Assembly (NCBI GenBank): GCA_965221165.1
Contig: CBDCRP010000002.1
Span: 160,001-224,000 of the forward strand
Length of the DNA: 64,000 nucleotides
Source: a bacterium
GTDB lineage: Bacteria; UBA8248
Direction of reading: 5' to 3'
Under the pieces are notes generated by a model. It was not told where the DNA came from, ran no database searches, and was given only the letters and a program-made list of their open reading frames with translations. The position numbers were made by a program, and so were the translations under genes. This document shows, in pieces, positions 47,983 through 58,666 of this stretch. Position 1 is the stretch's first letter. Each line of letters starts with the position of its first letter.

Positions 47983-50805
47983 ATGAATTTAGACTACGCA
48001 CGGGACGTTTTCCCTTTCGTCCAGAAACCTTCGCGTTATCTGGGGAACGAGGTCAACGCGATCCATAAAGACCTCGCCGAGGTCAGGAGTCGTGTAGCCT
48101 TGGCCTTCCCGGATACCTATGAAGTCGGCATGTCGCACAACGGCATCCGCATACTCTATCACCTCCTGAACGCGGATGAAGACGTTGCGGCGGAGCGCGT
48201 TTTTCTCCCCTGGAATGATTACGAAGCCATTCTGAGAAGCAAAAACGCATTGCTGACCACGCTGGAGAGCCGGACGCCCGTCCGGGAATTTCATATTCTG
48301 GGAATATCGCTTCTATACGAACTGGCCGCCAGCAACATCGTAGTGCTGCTCGATTTGGCCGGCATACCCAGGCGCACCGCCCAAAGGCGCAAGCAAGACC
48401 CGCTCGTCATCGCAGGCGGCCCCGTGACGTTCAACGTAGAGCCGATGGCGCCTTTCTTCGACGCCGTCGCCCTCGGGGACGGTGAAGAGCTGTTCCCCGA
48501 AGTCATCAAAGTGCACGAAAAGTGGCGAGAGACGAACGAGCCGAGAGAAACGCTGCTGGAGATGCTCGAGGAGATTGACGGCATTTACGTTCCGAGCCGC
48601 TACGTGGTCGAGTACGACCCCACCGACGAGGTGAAAAGCTTCCACCACGTCACCGGACATCAAGAACCCGTATTGGCGCGCGTACTGGAGGATTTGAACA
48701 ATTCGCCCCACCCCACGCAGCCCATTATTCCCTATACCCAGGTCGTGCACGATCGGGTAACGCTCGAGGTTCAGCGCGGATGCACGAGGGGATGCCGGTT
48801 TTGTCACGCAGGAATGGTCTATCGCCCCGTGCGGGATCGGGATCCGCACAAGGTTCTCGAACTTGCGGAAGAATCCCTCAAAAATACGGGTTATGAAGAA
48901 ATCAGCCTCTCATCGTTGTGCATCGCCGATTATCAACCCCTGAAAGGGCTGGTTCCCCGCATGATGGAGCGCCTCGCCCCCATGCAGACCTCCATTTCCC
49001 TGCCTTCCCTTCGCGTGGGAGCGATGAGCCCGGACCTGTTGGCCCAAATCGCGCGCGTGCGCCGCACGGGGTTCACTCTGGTGCCGGAAGCGGGCAGCGA
49101 GCGTCTGCGAAACGTCATCAACAAGGTATTGACCGAAGCGGATCTCAAGCGAAACCTTCAGGATATCCTCGATACCGGCTGGCCGGGCGTGAAATTCTAT
49201 TTCATGCTCGGTCTTCCCACCGAGAATTTCGACGACTTGCAAGAAATGGCGAACATGCTCACCTCCTGCATGAGAATGCGCTCACGGGAAACGGGCGAAC
49301 CATTCCGCTTCATGAACGTCAGCCTTTCCACTTTCGTGCCGAAGCCACATACGCCGTTCCAGTGGTTTCCTCAAAACACGAAAGAAGAAATCAGGGAAAA
49401 ACTCGATTTCATCAAACGGGCGGTGCCCGATCGGAGAATCAAGCTGCACTGGTCGAACCCCAAGCACAGTTTTTTGGAGGCCGTCATCTCGAAAGGCGAT
49501 CGCCGCCAGGCGGACGCCATCGAAACAGCGGTCGACATGGGGTGCAAATTCGATGGCTGGATGGAGTTTTTCGATTACGAAAAGTGGATGGCCGCCTTCA
49601 AAACCCATGGCCTCGACCCGGAGTGGTACGCTTACCGCGAAATACCGGAAGACGCGCCCCTGCCCTGGGACCATCTCGACTGCGGGGTGACGAAGGAGTA
49701 TCAGCTCGCCGACTGGAAACGATCCCTGCGGGAAGTCACCATCGGCGATTGCCGCTATGAGGCATGCGGCCAATGCGGCATTCTGGATAAATACAAGGGC
49801 ATCAAATACCATTATGAAAAACCCATGCCCCTCGAAAATTCCTCCCTGCCCATCATCAACGGGCCGGCGAGGACGGGCGACGCCCTTCAGGCGGCGGATT
49901 TGGCTCCCGGTCAGGACATCCCTCCCGCAGAGCCGGTAGAACTCGCAATCGCCAAAACCCGATTGAACCCGAGGCGGCCCAAGCAAAAACGGCGCAAAAA
50001 CATCGTTCGCGAATCCGGACCCGTCCCGGTAGGTTTCGAGGGCGCCCACGACGACAACCCCGGCCTCGCCGAGGAGCAGCCGGACGCGCCCATCCGCAAA
50101 TTCAGATTCATCTATGAAAAATCCGGCGATCTCCGTTTTTTGAGCCACCTGGAGATTCTGAGGACTTTCATCCGCGCGATTCAGCGCGCGGGCTATCGCC
50201 TCGAACATTCCAGGGGGTTCAACCCGCATCCGAAAATCGTTTTCTCCCATGCGCTTCCCGTGGGCGTGGAGAGCCGGGCGGAAGTGGTCGATTTCTCGCT
50301 TCTGGAGACCAACGGACAAATTCGGTTGCGTGATTTGTTCAAAAACCTGAAACGAGAACTCCCCCGAGGCCTCAAGCCACGCTCGGGCCGGCGCATCGAG
50401 GGAAAAGCGCCTTCATCGGCCAATGCGCTGAGGGCCGCGACGTATGAGGTATCCTTGTTACGAGAAGATTTGGTCTCGCCGGAACCGCCGGATTCACATA
50501 TCGGAACCGCCATCGAAGATTTCATGAATGAGAAAAGCATTGAAATATCGCGCGAGCACAAAGGGAAAATAAAACATTTCGACGCGCGGCCATCCATTGT
50601 TCGCTTTTCGCTCGAACCATCGACAGACTCCGCGGTTCGCCTGCACCTCACGCTGCGCTATGGCGATGGGATGAAACCGAAAGTAACGGAAATACTCGCC
50701 AGGTGCTTCGGGCTGTCTCCCGAGGCATGCCTGAGGGCCCGGATTCGGAAAATTTCCGTTCACTGGAGAGTGGGAGCTTACCGCGTGACTGCTAATGCCG
50801 TCTGA
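47983..50805 (+). CDS. B12-binding radical SAM protein (TIGR03960-like) fused to a TIGR03936-like domain
   Basis: KPSRYLG.E, FPDTYEVGMS, RGCTRGCRFC; C-terminal K.G..RFLSHLE...GFNPHPK. Confidence 0.9.
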   Translation: MNLDYARDVFPFVQKPSRYLGNEVNAIHKDLAEVRSRVALAFPDTYEVGMSHNGIRILYHLLNADEDVAAERVFLPWNDYEAILRSKNALLTTLESRTPVREFHILGISLLYELAASNIVVLLDLAGIPRRTAQRRKQDPLVIAGGPVTFNVEPMAPFFDAVALGDGEELFPEVIKVHEKWRETNEPRETLLEMLEEIDGIYVPSRYVVEYDPTDEVKSFHHVTGHQEPVLARVLEDLNNSPHPTQPIIPYTQVVHDRVTLEVQRGCTRGCRFCHAGMVYRPVRDRDPHKVLELAEESLKNTGYEEISLSSLCIADYQPLKGLVPRMMERLAPMQTSISLPSLRVGAMSPDLLAQIARVRRTGFTLVPEAGSERLRNVINKVLTEADLKRNLQDILDTGWPGVKFYFMLGLPTENFDDLQEMANMLTSCMRMRSRETGEPFRFMNVSLSTFVPKPHTPFQWFPQNTKEEIREKLDFIKRAVPDRRIKLHWSNPKHSFLEAVISKGDRRQADAIETAVDMGCKFDGWMEFFDYEKWMAAFKTHGLDPEWYAYREIPEDAPLPWDHLDCGVTKEYQLADWKRSLREVTIGDCRYEACGQCGILDKYKGIKYHYEKPMPLENSSLPIINGPARTGDALQAADLAPGQDIPPAEPVELAIAKTRLNPRRPKQKRRKNIVRESGPVPVGFEGAHDDNPGLAEEQPDAPIRKFRFIYEKSGDLRFLSHLEILRTFIRAIQRAGYRLEHSRGFNPHPKIVFSHALPVGVESRAEVVDFSLLETNGQIRLRDLFKNLKRELPRGLKPRSGRRIEGKAPSSANALRAATYEVSLLREDLVSPEPPDSHIGTAIEDFMNEKSIEISREHKGKIKHFDARPSIVRFSLEPSTDSAVRLHLTLRYGDGMKPKVTEILARCFGLSPEACLRARIRKISVHWRVGAYRVTANAV

Positions 50806-52402
50806 AATCGTCGTCAACGCCGAGCCGTTCGAGACACGCATTGCTCTGCTCGAAAACGGAGTAGCGGCTGAACTGTATATCGAACGGGAAGGCGGGAAAA
50901 GCATCGTCGGCAACATCTACAAGGGAAAAGTGACCAAAGTCCTGCCGGGGATGCAGGCGGCGTTCGTAGACATCGGGCTGGAAAAAGCGGGCTTTCTGTA
51001 CGTGAGCGACGTGGACACCATCGAGTCCATTGAAAATTACCGGAAACTTGCGGCTGAAGAAGCGGACGATGACGATGATCTCGATTTCGACGCCAACGAC
51101 TTCGGCAACGGAGACGACCACGAAGGCGGCGATGACGAGCAACAGAACGGCTCGCACCGCAACATCATCGGAAGGCGTTCGCGTCGTTGGGAGAAAGAAC
51201 GGCATATAGAAGACCTGCTCAAGGACGGCCAGGACGTCATCGTTCAAGTCAGCAAAGAACCCCTGGGCACCAAAGGCTCGAGGCTGACGAGCTACATCAC
51301 CCTGCCCGGTCGGTACGTCGTCTACATGCCCACGATCAAGCAGATTGGCATCAGCAGGCGAATCGAGAACGAAGAGGAAAGAAAAAGGCTCAAAAAGCTG
51401 GTCCGCAGGAACCGCCAACCCGGGGCCGGGTACATCGTACGCACGGCGAGCGAAACCATGCCCGCCCAGGACATCGAAGCCAACGTGAATTTCCTGCATG
51501 CCCTGTGGGAAGACATTCTAACCAAAAATGAATCGGCTTCCGCTCCATCCCGGATTCACCTGAATCTGAACATCATAGAACGAACCGTAAGGGATTTGTT
51601 CAATTCCTCCGTCAACAAGATGATCATCGACGACAAGGAACAATACCTGAAGACCAGGAAATTTCTGCAAAACTACTACCCGCACCTCGTTCCCAAACTC
51701 CACCACTACGATGGAGATGAACCGATATTCGACTATTTCGGCGTCGAACTCGAACTCGAACGCGCTCTCGGGCAGCGCGTGTGGCTCAGAAACGGCGGTT
51801 ACATAGTGATTGATCAGACCGAGGCGCTTACGACGATCGACGTCAACACCGGACGCTTCGTGGGCAAGAAGAGCCCGGAGGAAACGATTCTCGAAACCAA
51901 TCTGGAGGCGGTGCGGGAAATCGTATCCCAATTGCGCCTCCGGAACCTGGGCGGAATCATCATCGTCGATTTCATCGACATGGAAAACGAAGAAAACAGG
52001 GAGAAAGTATTCAACACCTTCAAGGAGGAACTCCGCAAAGACCGCTCGCGAACCAATATCTTGAAGATAAGCGAACTGGGGCTCGTCGAGATGACGCGAA
52101 AGCGTGTTCGGGACAGCATTCAGAGAACACTCTGCACCGCATGCCCCTATTGCGAGGGACGCGGCCAGGTGAAATCCGCGATCTCGGTAAGCTATGAAGC
52201 CATGCGAGAGGTGCGCCGAATGAGAAGAGCACACAAGGACGCGGCGAAATTCCTGATTAACGTCCACCCCGAGGTCGTCGACATCCTCCTCGATGAGGAG
52301 AGAAAACACGTGGAGGAACTCGAAAGCCTGCTCAGCATACAACTCGTCATCAAAGGCGACGCCGAACTCCATCGCGAAGGATTCGAAGTCGTTCGGCTAT
52401 GA
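50795..52402 (+). CDS. rng: Ribonuclease G (Rne/Rng family)
   Basis: GNIYKGKV.KVLPGMQAAFVDIG, IDVNTG, LRNLGGIIIVDFIDM and CPYCEG motifs. Confidence 0.95.
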   Translation: MPSEIVVNAEPFETRIALLENGVAAELYIEREGGKSIVGNIYKGKVTKVLPGMQAAFVDIGLEKAGFLYVSDVDTIESIENYRKLAAEEADDDDDLDFDANDFGNGDDHEGGDDEQQNGSHRNIIGRRSRRWEKERHIEDLLKDGQDVIVQVSKEPLGTKGSRLTSYITLPGRYVVYMPTIKQIGISRRIENEEERKRLKKLVRRNRQPGAGYIVRTASETMPAQDIEANVNFLHALWEDILTKNESASAPSRIHLNLNIIERTVRDLFNSSVNKMIIDDKEQYLKTRKFLQNYYPHLVPKLHHYDGDEPIFDYFGVELELERALGQRVWLRNGGYIVIDQTEALTTIDVNTGRFVGKKSPEETILETNLEAVREIVSQLRLRNLGGIIIVDFIDMENEENREKVFNTFKEELRKDRSRTNILKISELGLVEMTRKRVRDSIQRTLCTACPYCEGRGQVKSAISVSYEAMREVRRMRRAHKDAAKFLINVHPEVVDILLDEERKHVEELESLLSIQLVIKGDAELHREGFEVVRL

Positions 52403-52453
52403 GAGGCATCCTCCCTCCCGTCCACGATTATGCCGCCATCGAGGATAGATGAA

Positions 52454-53245
52454 ATGCGGCGATGCTTATTCGCTTTGGTTTTCGTCATGTTGGCGGCCGG
52501 GTGCGCCAATCTCTTTCAACCCAAGCCGGAGTCCACCTCCTCGGAAGCGCCTCGGAGTGCTTCCGACATCAAGTCTCTCGAGAAAGAATCGTCGTCCGCG
52601 AAAAAACGGAATGCGGGCCTGGAGGCCCGTGTCTCCGGGACCGCCAGGAAACTCGAGAAACTGACCAAGGCCGTTCAGGACCTGAAAAGGAAAAACAGCG
52701 CCCTGGAAGTCACCGTCGAGCGACTGAGGCGAGAAAATATCACCAAAAAGAACTTCTCGATTCCATCAACCCCGCGAGGGAAGATGGGAGTGCGAAAACC
52801 CTCGCCCGGGGTGCGAGCCATGCCGCCCCAAAAGCCGAGACCCGGGCCAATCACCCCGCAAGAGCTCTACAACAGGTCGTATCGCGCCGTCAGGGACGGG
52901 AATACCGGTGAAGCCGTTCGTGGATTTCGCCGTTTCTTGCGCCTGTTTCCCAAGAGTCAACTGGCGCCCCATTCCCAGTATTGGCTCGGCGAGGCCTACT
53001 ACGCACTCAAGCAATACCCACAGGCTCTGGATGAATTTCTCAACGTCATCACCAGATACCCCAAAAGCCGCAAAATTCCGGATGCTTATTACAAACGAGG
53101 GCTTGCCTACATTCAGCGGAAATTTCCTGCCAACGCAACGCTTGAATTTGAAAAACTAATCCGACGTTTTCCCTCTCACCCGCTATCCAAACAGGCGAGA
53201 GTTCAACTCCAAAATCTCAAGCACTTCACCCGAAAAAAGCCCTGA
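52454..53245 (+). CDS. cpoB: Cell division coordinator CpoB/YbgF (TPR lipoprotein)
   Basis: Lipobox LAAGC, coiled coil, TPR motifs YWLGE and PDA.YK.G. Confidence 0.85.
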   Translation: MRRCLFALVFVMLAAGCANLFQPKPESTSSEAPRSASDIKSLEKESSSAKKRNAGLEARVSGTARKLEKLTKAVQDLKRKNSALEVTVERLRRENITKKNFSIPSTPRGKMGVRKPSPGVRAMPPQKPRPGPITPQELYNRSYRAVRDGNTGEAVRGFRRFLRLFPKSQLAPHSQYWLGEAYYALKQYPQALDEFLNVITRYPKSRKIPDAYYKRGLAYIQRKFPANATLEFEKLIRRFPSHPLSKQARVQLQNLKHFTRKKP

Positions 53246-53356
53246 TGGGGACAAATGAATCATCCTCCCGCTCGTCCCTGGGCTTTTCCCATGTCTTGAC
53301 ACGAGATACGGCCTCCGTGTTATGGATGCAGGGGTAATTATCGCCGGAGATCGTGA

Positions 53357-54547
53357 ATGAGCACCTGGAACTCCATCATGCGCTCTCAAAATCAAGGCTC
53401 TTTGGGCCTCGCCGACGCTTGGCTCGTCCTGCAGACCCTCCCGGGCATGACTCCCGAACGCCTGAATCGATTGACGGAGGCGTTTCCGAATCCTGCGGAG
53501 GTTTTCGAGGCGCCTCCCGATGTGTTCGCGCGCCTTTGCGGCCGGAAAGCGCGTGAAGTTCTCGAAAAGGATTCTCCCTTCGATCTCGCCGCCAAAATCC
53601 GCCAAGAGGCGTCGAAACTAGGCGCAGAGATAATTACGCGCGATTCCGGGCAATATCCCGAGACCCTGCGCGAGATTTATTCGCCACCGGGCGCATTTTT
53701 CGCCGAAGGTGAAATTCTGGCGGCGGATAGCCTGGCCGTCGCCATCGTCGGCATGCGGCGTCCCACGGACTATGGAAGGCGGGTGGCGAGAGGGCTTGCG
53801 GCCGACCTCGCCAGAAAGGGAGTCACCATCGTCAGCGGCATGGCCTACGGCATCGATGCGGAAGCCCACAGGGCCACGCTCGAGGCGGGAGGCAGAACCA
53901 TTGCCGTCCTCGGATGCGGCCTGACCCAGAACTACCCGGCCGACCACAAGGAACTCAGACAAGAGATAGCCGCCAACGGGGCCGTGGTATCCGAATTCCA
54001 CCTTCGCGCGCATCCGAGGAAAGAGAATTTTCCGAGGAGAAACCGCCTGATCAGCGGCTTGTCTCTGGCGACCATCGTCGTCGAGGCCGCGCAGCGAAGC
54101 GGGGCGCTCCTGACCGCCCGGCTGGCGCTGGAGCAAGGTCGCGAGGTGATGGCCGTGCCGGGGCCCGTTCATACCCAAAAGAGCACCGGCTGCCATCGTC
54201 TGCTCAAAGAAGGGGCGCATTTGGTGGAAAATGCGGACGATATCGTCAACGCTCTTCCAGAATACACACGAAGTATGCTAGATAATCCAGCGCAACTCCG
54301 GGTCAAGGCGTTGCGCCCTGAAACAAGCGAAGCGGAAGCAGTGGCAAGAGCGGCGCCGCACCCGAATCTCACGGATGATGAAAATGCGCTTTTGCGCTTG
54401 CTGGAGAACGGGGACAACACCATAGAGGAATTGACCCGACAGCGAGGACTGCCGGCGCAGGAAGTCTCATCCGCTTTACTGCGCCTGGAATTGGAAGGCT
54501 TGGTAAGACAAACGAATTCAGGTATGTACGAACGGATTCCGTCCTAA
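53357..54547 (+). CDS. dprA: DNA-processing protein DprA
   Basis: VSGMAYGID, FPRRNRLISG and SGAL.TA motifs; C-terminal winged helix. Confidence 0.95.
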   Translation: MSTWNSIMRSQNQGSLGLADAWLVLQTLPGMTPERLNRLTEAFPNPAEVFEAPPDVFARLCGRKAREVLEKDSPFDLAAKIRQEASKLGAEIITRDSGQYPETLREIYSPPGAFFAEGEILAADSLAVAIVGMRRPTDYGRRVARGLAADLARKGVTIVSGMAYGIDAEAHRATLEAGGRTIAVLGCGLTQNYPADHKELRQEIAANGAVVSEFHLRAHPRKENFPRRNRLISGLSLATIVVEAAQRSGALLTARLALEQGREVMAVPGPVHTQKSTGCHRLLKEGAHLVENADDIVNALPEYTRSMLDNPAQLRVKALRPETSEAEAVARAAPHPNLTDDENALLRLLENGDNTIEELTRQRGLPAQEVSSALLRLELEGLVRQTNSGMYERIPS

Positions 54548-54764
54548 GGGAGAATCTTGCTTGCCGATAGGGAATCTCAGCCTTGCGCGATAAAATGTAT
54601 CCGTTGGCGAAACGCCCGGTGGCATCCTCGTTAGAAGGCGAAAACGTCATCCTGAAAGAACGTGTCAGCGCAAGCGACCGCAAGTCGAGAGACGATAGCC
54701 GCCCACCGAGAAAATTTCTCCGCCTATTTCGCCCGAAGGGCAATCAGTGGGTATGAGTAAATAA

Positions 54765-57335
54765 ATGACCGAAAAAAAAGCATCAAACAAAGCGGCAGCG
54801 AAACACTCTTCGACCAGGAGCAAAAAGACGCCTTCGGGCAAAAGCGCCTCCCGGGGCGCGCAAAACAAAAAATCCGCGTCCAAACTCCTCATCGTGGAAT
54901 CGCCGACGAAAGTGCGCACCATCCGGAAATTCCTGGGCTCGGATTTCGACATCCTCGCATCAAGAGGCCATGTGCGGGATTTGCGGAAAACGGGTGAGCG
55001 CAAAATGGGAATAGACGTCCACAATGATTTTGAAGCCGACTACGGCGTCATCCAGGGAAAACTGAAAACGATAGCCCAGTTGCGCAAGGCCGCCACGGCG
55101 GCGAAAGAAATCTATCTGGCCCCGGATCCGGACCGCGAGGGGGAAGCCATTGCCTGGCATATCCAGGAACTCCTCGAGGGTTCCGGCGCCGAGAGAGAAT
55201 TCTATCGGGTAACGTTCAACGAGATTACACGAAGAGCCGTGCAGGAGGCGCTCTCGAAACCCGGACGAATCGATCAGAGAAAAGTGGACGCGCAGGAAAC
55301 CCGCAGAAAGCTGGACCGAATCGTGGGCTTCAAGCTCTCCGGTGAAATCCTCTGGAACAAGGTAGCGTTCGGCCTCAGCGCGGGACGGGTGCAGTCGGTC
55401 GCCCTGAAACTCATATGCGAGCGGGAAGAGGCGATAGAGGCCTTTGAACCGAAAGAATACTGGAGCATCACGGCGCATCTCGAAAAAGCTGGCTCAGAGC
55501 CCCGGTTTGAAGCGAAATTGCACCGGATCAACGGAAAAGAAGAGGAAATCCCGAACGAATTCCGGGTGAGGGAACTGGCGGAAAAAATAGCGACCGGCGC
55601 TTTGAGGGTTTCCAAAGTAGAGAAAAAAGAGCGTCGGCGCAGACCGTCCGCTCCCTTTATCACCAGCACCTTGCAGCAGGAAAGTTCCAGCAAATTGCGT
55701 TATGGCGCAAAAAAAACCATGAGCATTGCGCAATCCCTGTACGAGGGGGTGAATTTAGGACGGGATGCGGGAAACGTCGGCCTCATCACCTATATGAGAA
55801 CGGACTCCGTTCGCCTGGCGCCCGAATCCATCGCCGCGGCTCGCTCATATATCGAGACGAAATACGGAAAGGACCACCTCCCCCCGAAACCCAACTTCTT
55901 CAAGACGAGAGAGACTGCCCAGGACGCGCACGAGGCGATTCGTCCCACCGACGTCCTCCTCACGCCCGAGAAGGTGCGGTCTTTCCTGAAACCCGAACAA
56001 TTCTTCCTCTACAGCCTCATCTGGCGGCGCTTCCTTGCGAGCCAGATGGCGCCGGCCGTCTACGATCAAACGAGCGTGGATATCTCCCTGGATCGCCACG
56101 CGGAAAACATCGCGGCCGAGGAGAAACTCCTTCTGCGGGCGAGTGGTTCGGTCTTGAAATTCAAGGGTTTTCTCAGCGTCTACCAGAACACCACCGAATC
56201 CCTGAACGATGCGAATGCCCCGAGAGCCAAGCCGTCCAATTCCGAGCAGGACAGGCTCCTGCCCCCTCTGGAAGACGGCGACCCTCTATCGCTCGTAAAA
56301 TCCGAATCCGCTCCCACCGGCGTTGCGCCCGAGCAGCATTTCACCCAGCCTCCGCCACGCTATACGGAAGCCTCTTTGGTGAAAGAACTCGAAGAAGACG
56401 GCGTCGGCCGGCCGAGCACCTATGCGAGCATTCTGGATACGTTGGAAAAACGCAAATACGCCACCATCGAAAGAAAACGCAGACAGTTTACGCCCTCCCT
56501 TCTCGGCCGGGAGGTGAACCGTCTTCTCATGCAGGGCTTTCCCGACCAAATCGACGTGGGCTTTACCGCGAAAATGGAAAAATATCTGGATGACATCGAA
56601 AACGGGACGACTCCATGGCTGCCCGTCATGAAAGATTTCTATGACAGTTTCGACAAAAAAATTCAGATAGCCAAAAAGGAATTGCCGAGTCTGAAGACGA
56701 AAGGAGAGCCAATCGGCAGAAACTGTCCTGAATGCGAGCGCGAACTGGTGAAGAAATTCAGCAAAAACGGCTGGTTTATTTCCTGCTCGGGATATCCGGG
56801 CTGCCGTTATTCAGAAAACATTCCCGGCGAGAGTGAGCCTGAACCGGAAGCAGCGGAGGAGATGGCTCGCATCGAGGAAATCGCCTCGCCTTGCGAGGAG
56901 TGCGGCGCGCCCATGCAGGCGAAGCGCGGACCTTTCGGATTATATCTATCCTGCACGGCATTCCCCGATGCGCACAAGAAAAGAAAAGCACCCGCCAATG
57001 GACAGGCAACCACAGGCCCCAAGCCGACCGGCGTGCGTTGTCCCCGTGATGGCTGCGACGGGGAACTGGTGGAGCGGCGTTCTCGTCGCACCGGAAAACC
57101 ATTTTACGGGTGCAATCGTTTTCCGGCGTGCAAGACGGTCTCCTGGGATTGGCCCGTGGCGCAGCCCTGCCCTTCTTGCGGGCACCCCATCCTCAACATC
57201 AAGACGACCAAGAAAAACGGAACCCGGCTCGTTTGCCCCCAAAAAGACTGTGGCCACGCGGCGCCATGCCCTCCAGAACGCATCGAGCAGATGGAAGCCT
57301 CTAAAACCCCTTCAACCCAGGAGGCTTCGGCTTGA
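54765..57335 (+). CDS. topA: DNA topoisomerase I
   Basis: IVESP.K, DPDREGE, SAGRVQS, ITYMRTDS and GRPSTY motifs; C-terminal Zn ribbons. Confidence 0.97.
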   Translation: MTEKKASNKAAAKHSSTRSKKTPSGKSASRGAQNKKSASKLLIVESPTKVRTIRKFLGSDFDILASRGHVRDLRKTGERKMGIDVHNDFEADYGVIQGKLKTIAQLRKAATAAKEIYLAPDPDREGEAIAWHIQELLEGSGAEREFYRVTFNEITRRAVQEALSKPGRIDQRKVDAQETRRKLDRIVGFKLSGEILWNKVAFGLSAGRVQSVALKLICEREEAIEAFEPKEYWSITAHLEKAGSEPRFEAKLHRINGKEEEIPNEFRVRELAEKIATGALRVSKVEKKERRRRPSAPFITSTLQQESSSKLRYGAKKTMSIAQSLYEGVNLGRDAGNVGLITYMRTDSVRLAPESIAAARSYIETKYGKDHLPPKPNFFKTRETAQDAHEAIRPTDVLLTPEKVRSFLKPEQFFLYSLIWRRFLASQMAPAVYDQTSVDISLDRHAENIAAEEKLLLRASGSVLKFKGFLSVYQNTTESLNDANAPRAKPSNSEQDRLLPPLEDGDPLSLVKSESAPTGVAPEQHFTQPPPRYTEASLVKELEEDGVGRPSTYASILDTLEKRKYATIERKRRQFTPSLLGREVNRLLMQGFPDQIDVGFTAKMEKYLDDIENGTTPWLPVMKDFYDSFDKKIQIAKKELPSLKTKGEPIGRNCPECERELVKKFSKNGWFISCSGYPGCRYSENIPGESEPEPEAAEEMARIEEIASPCEECGAPMQAKRGPFGLYLSCTAFPDAHKKRKAPANGQATTGPKPTGVRCPRDGCDGELVERRSRRTGKPFYGCNRFPACKTVSWDWPVAQPCPSCGHPILNIKTTKKNGTRLVCPQKDCGHAAPCPPERIEQMEASKTPSTQEASA

Positions 57336-58666
57336 ACGAGAGGCTGCGAATAATCGGCGGAGGTCTCGCGGGCTGCGAGGCCGCATGGCAGGCGGCCAAA
57401 CGAGGCGTTGGTGTCGATCTGTACGAGATGCGTCCCCACATCAAAACGCCCGCGCATGAAACGACCGAGTTGGCCGAACTCGTTTGTTCAAACTCTTTTC
57501 GCTCGAATTCCATGGAAAACGCCTCGGGCCTGCTGAAAGAAGAGATGCGCAAGCTCGATTCGCTCATCCTGCGGGGTGCGGATTCCTGCCGGGTTCCCGC
57601 AGGTCTGGCGTTGGCCGTCGATCGTTCGTCTTTCAGCAAGACGATCACCGAAATAGTCGAAAACGACCCGCGAATCACCCTTCATCGAGAGGAAATCAGG
57701 GATTTAGAAGCCAAAATTCCCACCATCGTCGCCACCGGCCCGTTGACGAGCGATTCCCTTTCCGCAGAAATCGCCCGCCTGACGCAAGGCAAGTATCTGT
57801 ATTTCTATGATGCCATTTCGCCCATCCTGCACGCGGACAGCATCGACATGTCGGTGGCGTTCATGGGCTCGCGCTACGGAAAGGGCAACGAGGAAGGCGG
57901 CGAGGGCGACTATCTCAACTTGGGGCTCAACGAATCGGAGTACTATGAATTCGTCGAGTATCTCCTGGCCGGCGAGAAAATACCTCTCCGTGAATTCGAA
58001 CGCGCGATCTACTTCGAAGGGTGCCTCCCCCTCGAAGAAATGGCCGCTCGCGGAAAAGATACCCTGGCATTCGGGCCGATGAAGCCCGTGGGTCTGGAAC
58101 ACCCCGAAACGGGAGAAACATACAGCGCGGTCGCTCAACTCAGGCGCGAGGATTTAACGGGAGATTACTTCTCGATGGTGGGCTTTCAGACCAGGCTGCG
58201 CTACCCGGAGCAAAAGCGCATTTTCTCGACGCTTCCCGCTCTTGAGAACGCGCGCTTTTTGCGCTACGGCAGCCTGCACCGGAACACCTACATCAACGCG
58301 CCGCGCCTGCTGCGGATTACCTTGCAACTCAAGCGTCACCCGCATATCTTCATGGCGGGCCAGCTCACCGGCGTCGAAGGGTACCTCGAATCGGCCGCCA
58401 TCGGCCTCCTCGCGGGAATCAACGCGGTCGCCACCATCCAGGGAGAACCGGTCGTTCCCCCGCCCCCCACAACGGCGCTCGGCGCTTTGAACCGCTACAT
58501 CATCGAAGCGAATCCGAGAAATTTCCAGCCCATGAACATCAACTTCGGCCTTTTCCCGCCCCTGGAAAAACGAGTCCCCAAAAAGTTCAGGAAAAGGCAC
58601 GTCACCAATCGCGCCATCAAGGATTTGGAGCAATGGCGAAACACGCTCGCATCACAAACAGCCTGA
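57332..58666 (+). CDS. trmFO: Folate/FAD-dependent tRNA (U54) methyltransferase
   Basis: IGGGLAGCEAAW, ELVCSNS, FEGCLP and GFQT motifs. Confidence 0.96.
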   Translation: MNERLRIIGGGLAGCEAAWQAAKRGVGVDLYEMRPHIKTPAHETTELAELVCSNSFRSNSMENASGLLKEEMRKLDSLILRGADSCRVPAGLALAVDRSSFSKTITEIVENDPRITLHREEIRDLEAKIPTIVATGPLTSDSLSAEIARLTQGKYLYFYDAISPILHADSIDMSVAFMGSRYGKGNEEGGEGDYLNLGLNESEYYEFVEYLLAGEKIPLREFERAIYFEGCLPLEEMAARGKDTLAFGPMKPVGLEHPETGETYSAVAQLRREDLTGDYFSMVGFQTRLRYPEQKRIFSTLPALENARFLRYGSLHRNTYINAPRLLRITLQLKRHPHIFMAGQLTGVEGYLESAAIGLLAGINAVATIQGEPVVPPPPTTALGALNRYIIEANPRNFQPMNINFGLFPPLEKRVPKKFRKRHVTNRAIKDLEQWRNTLASQTA

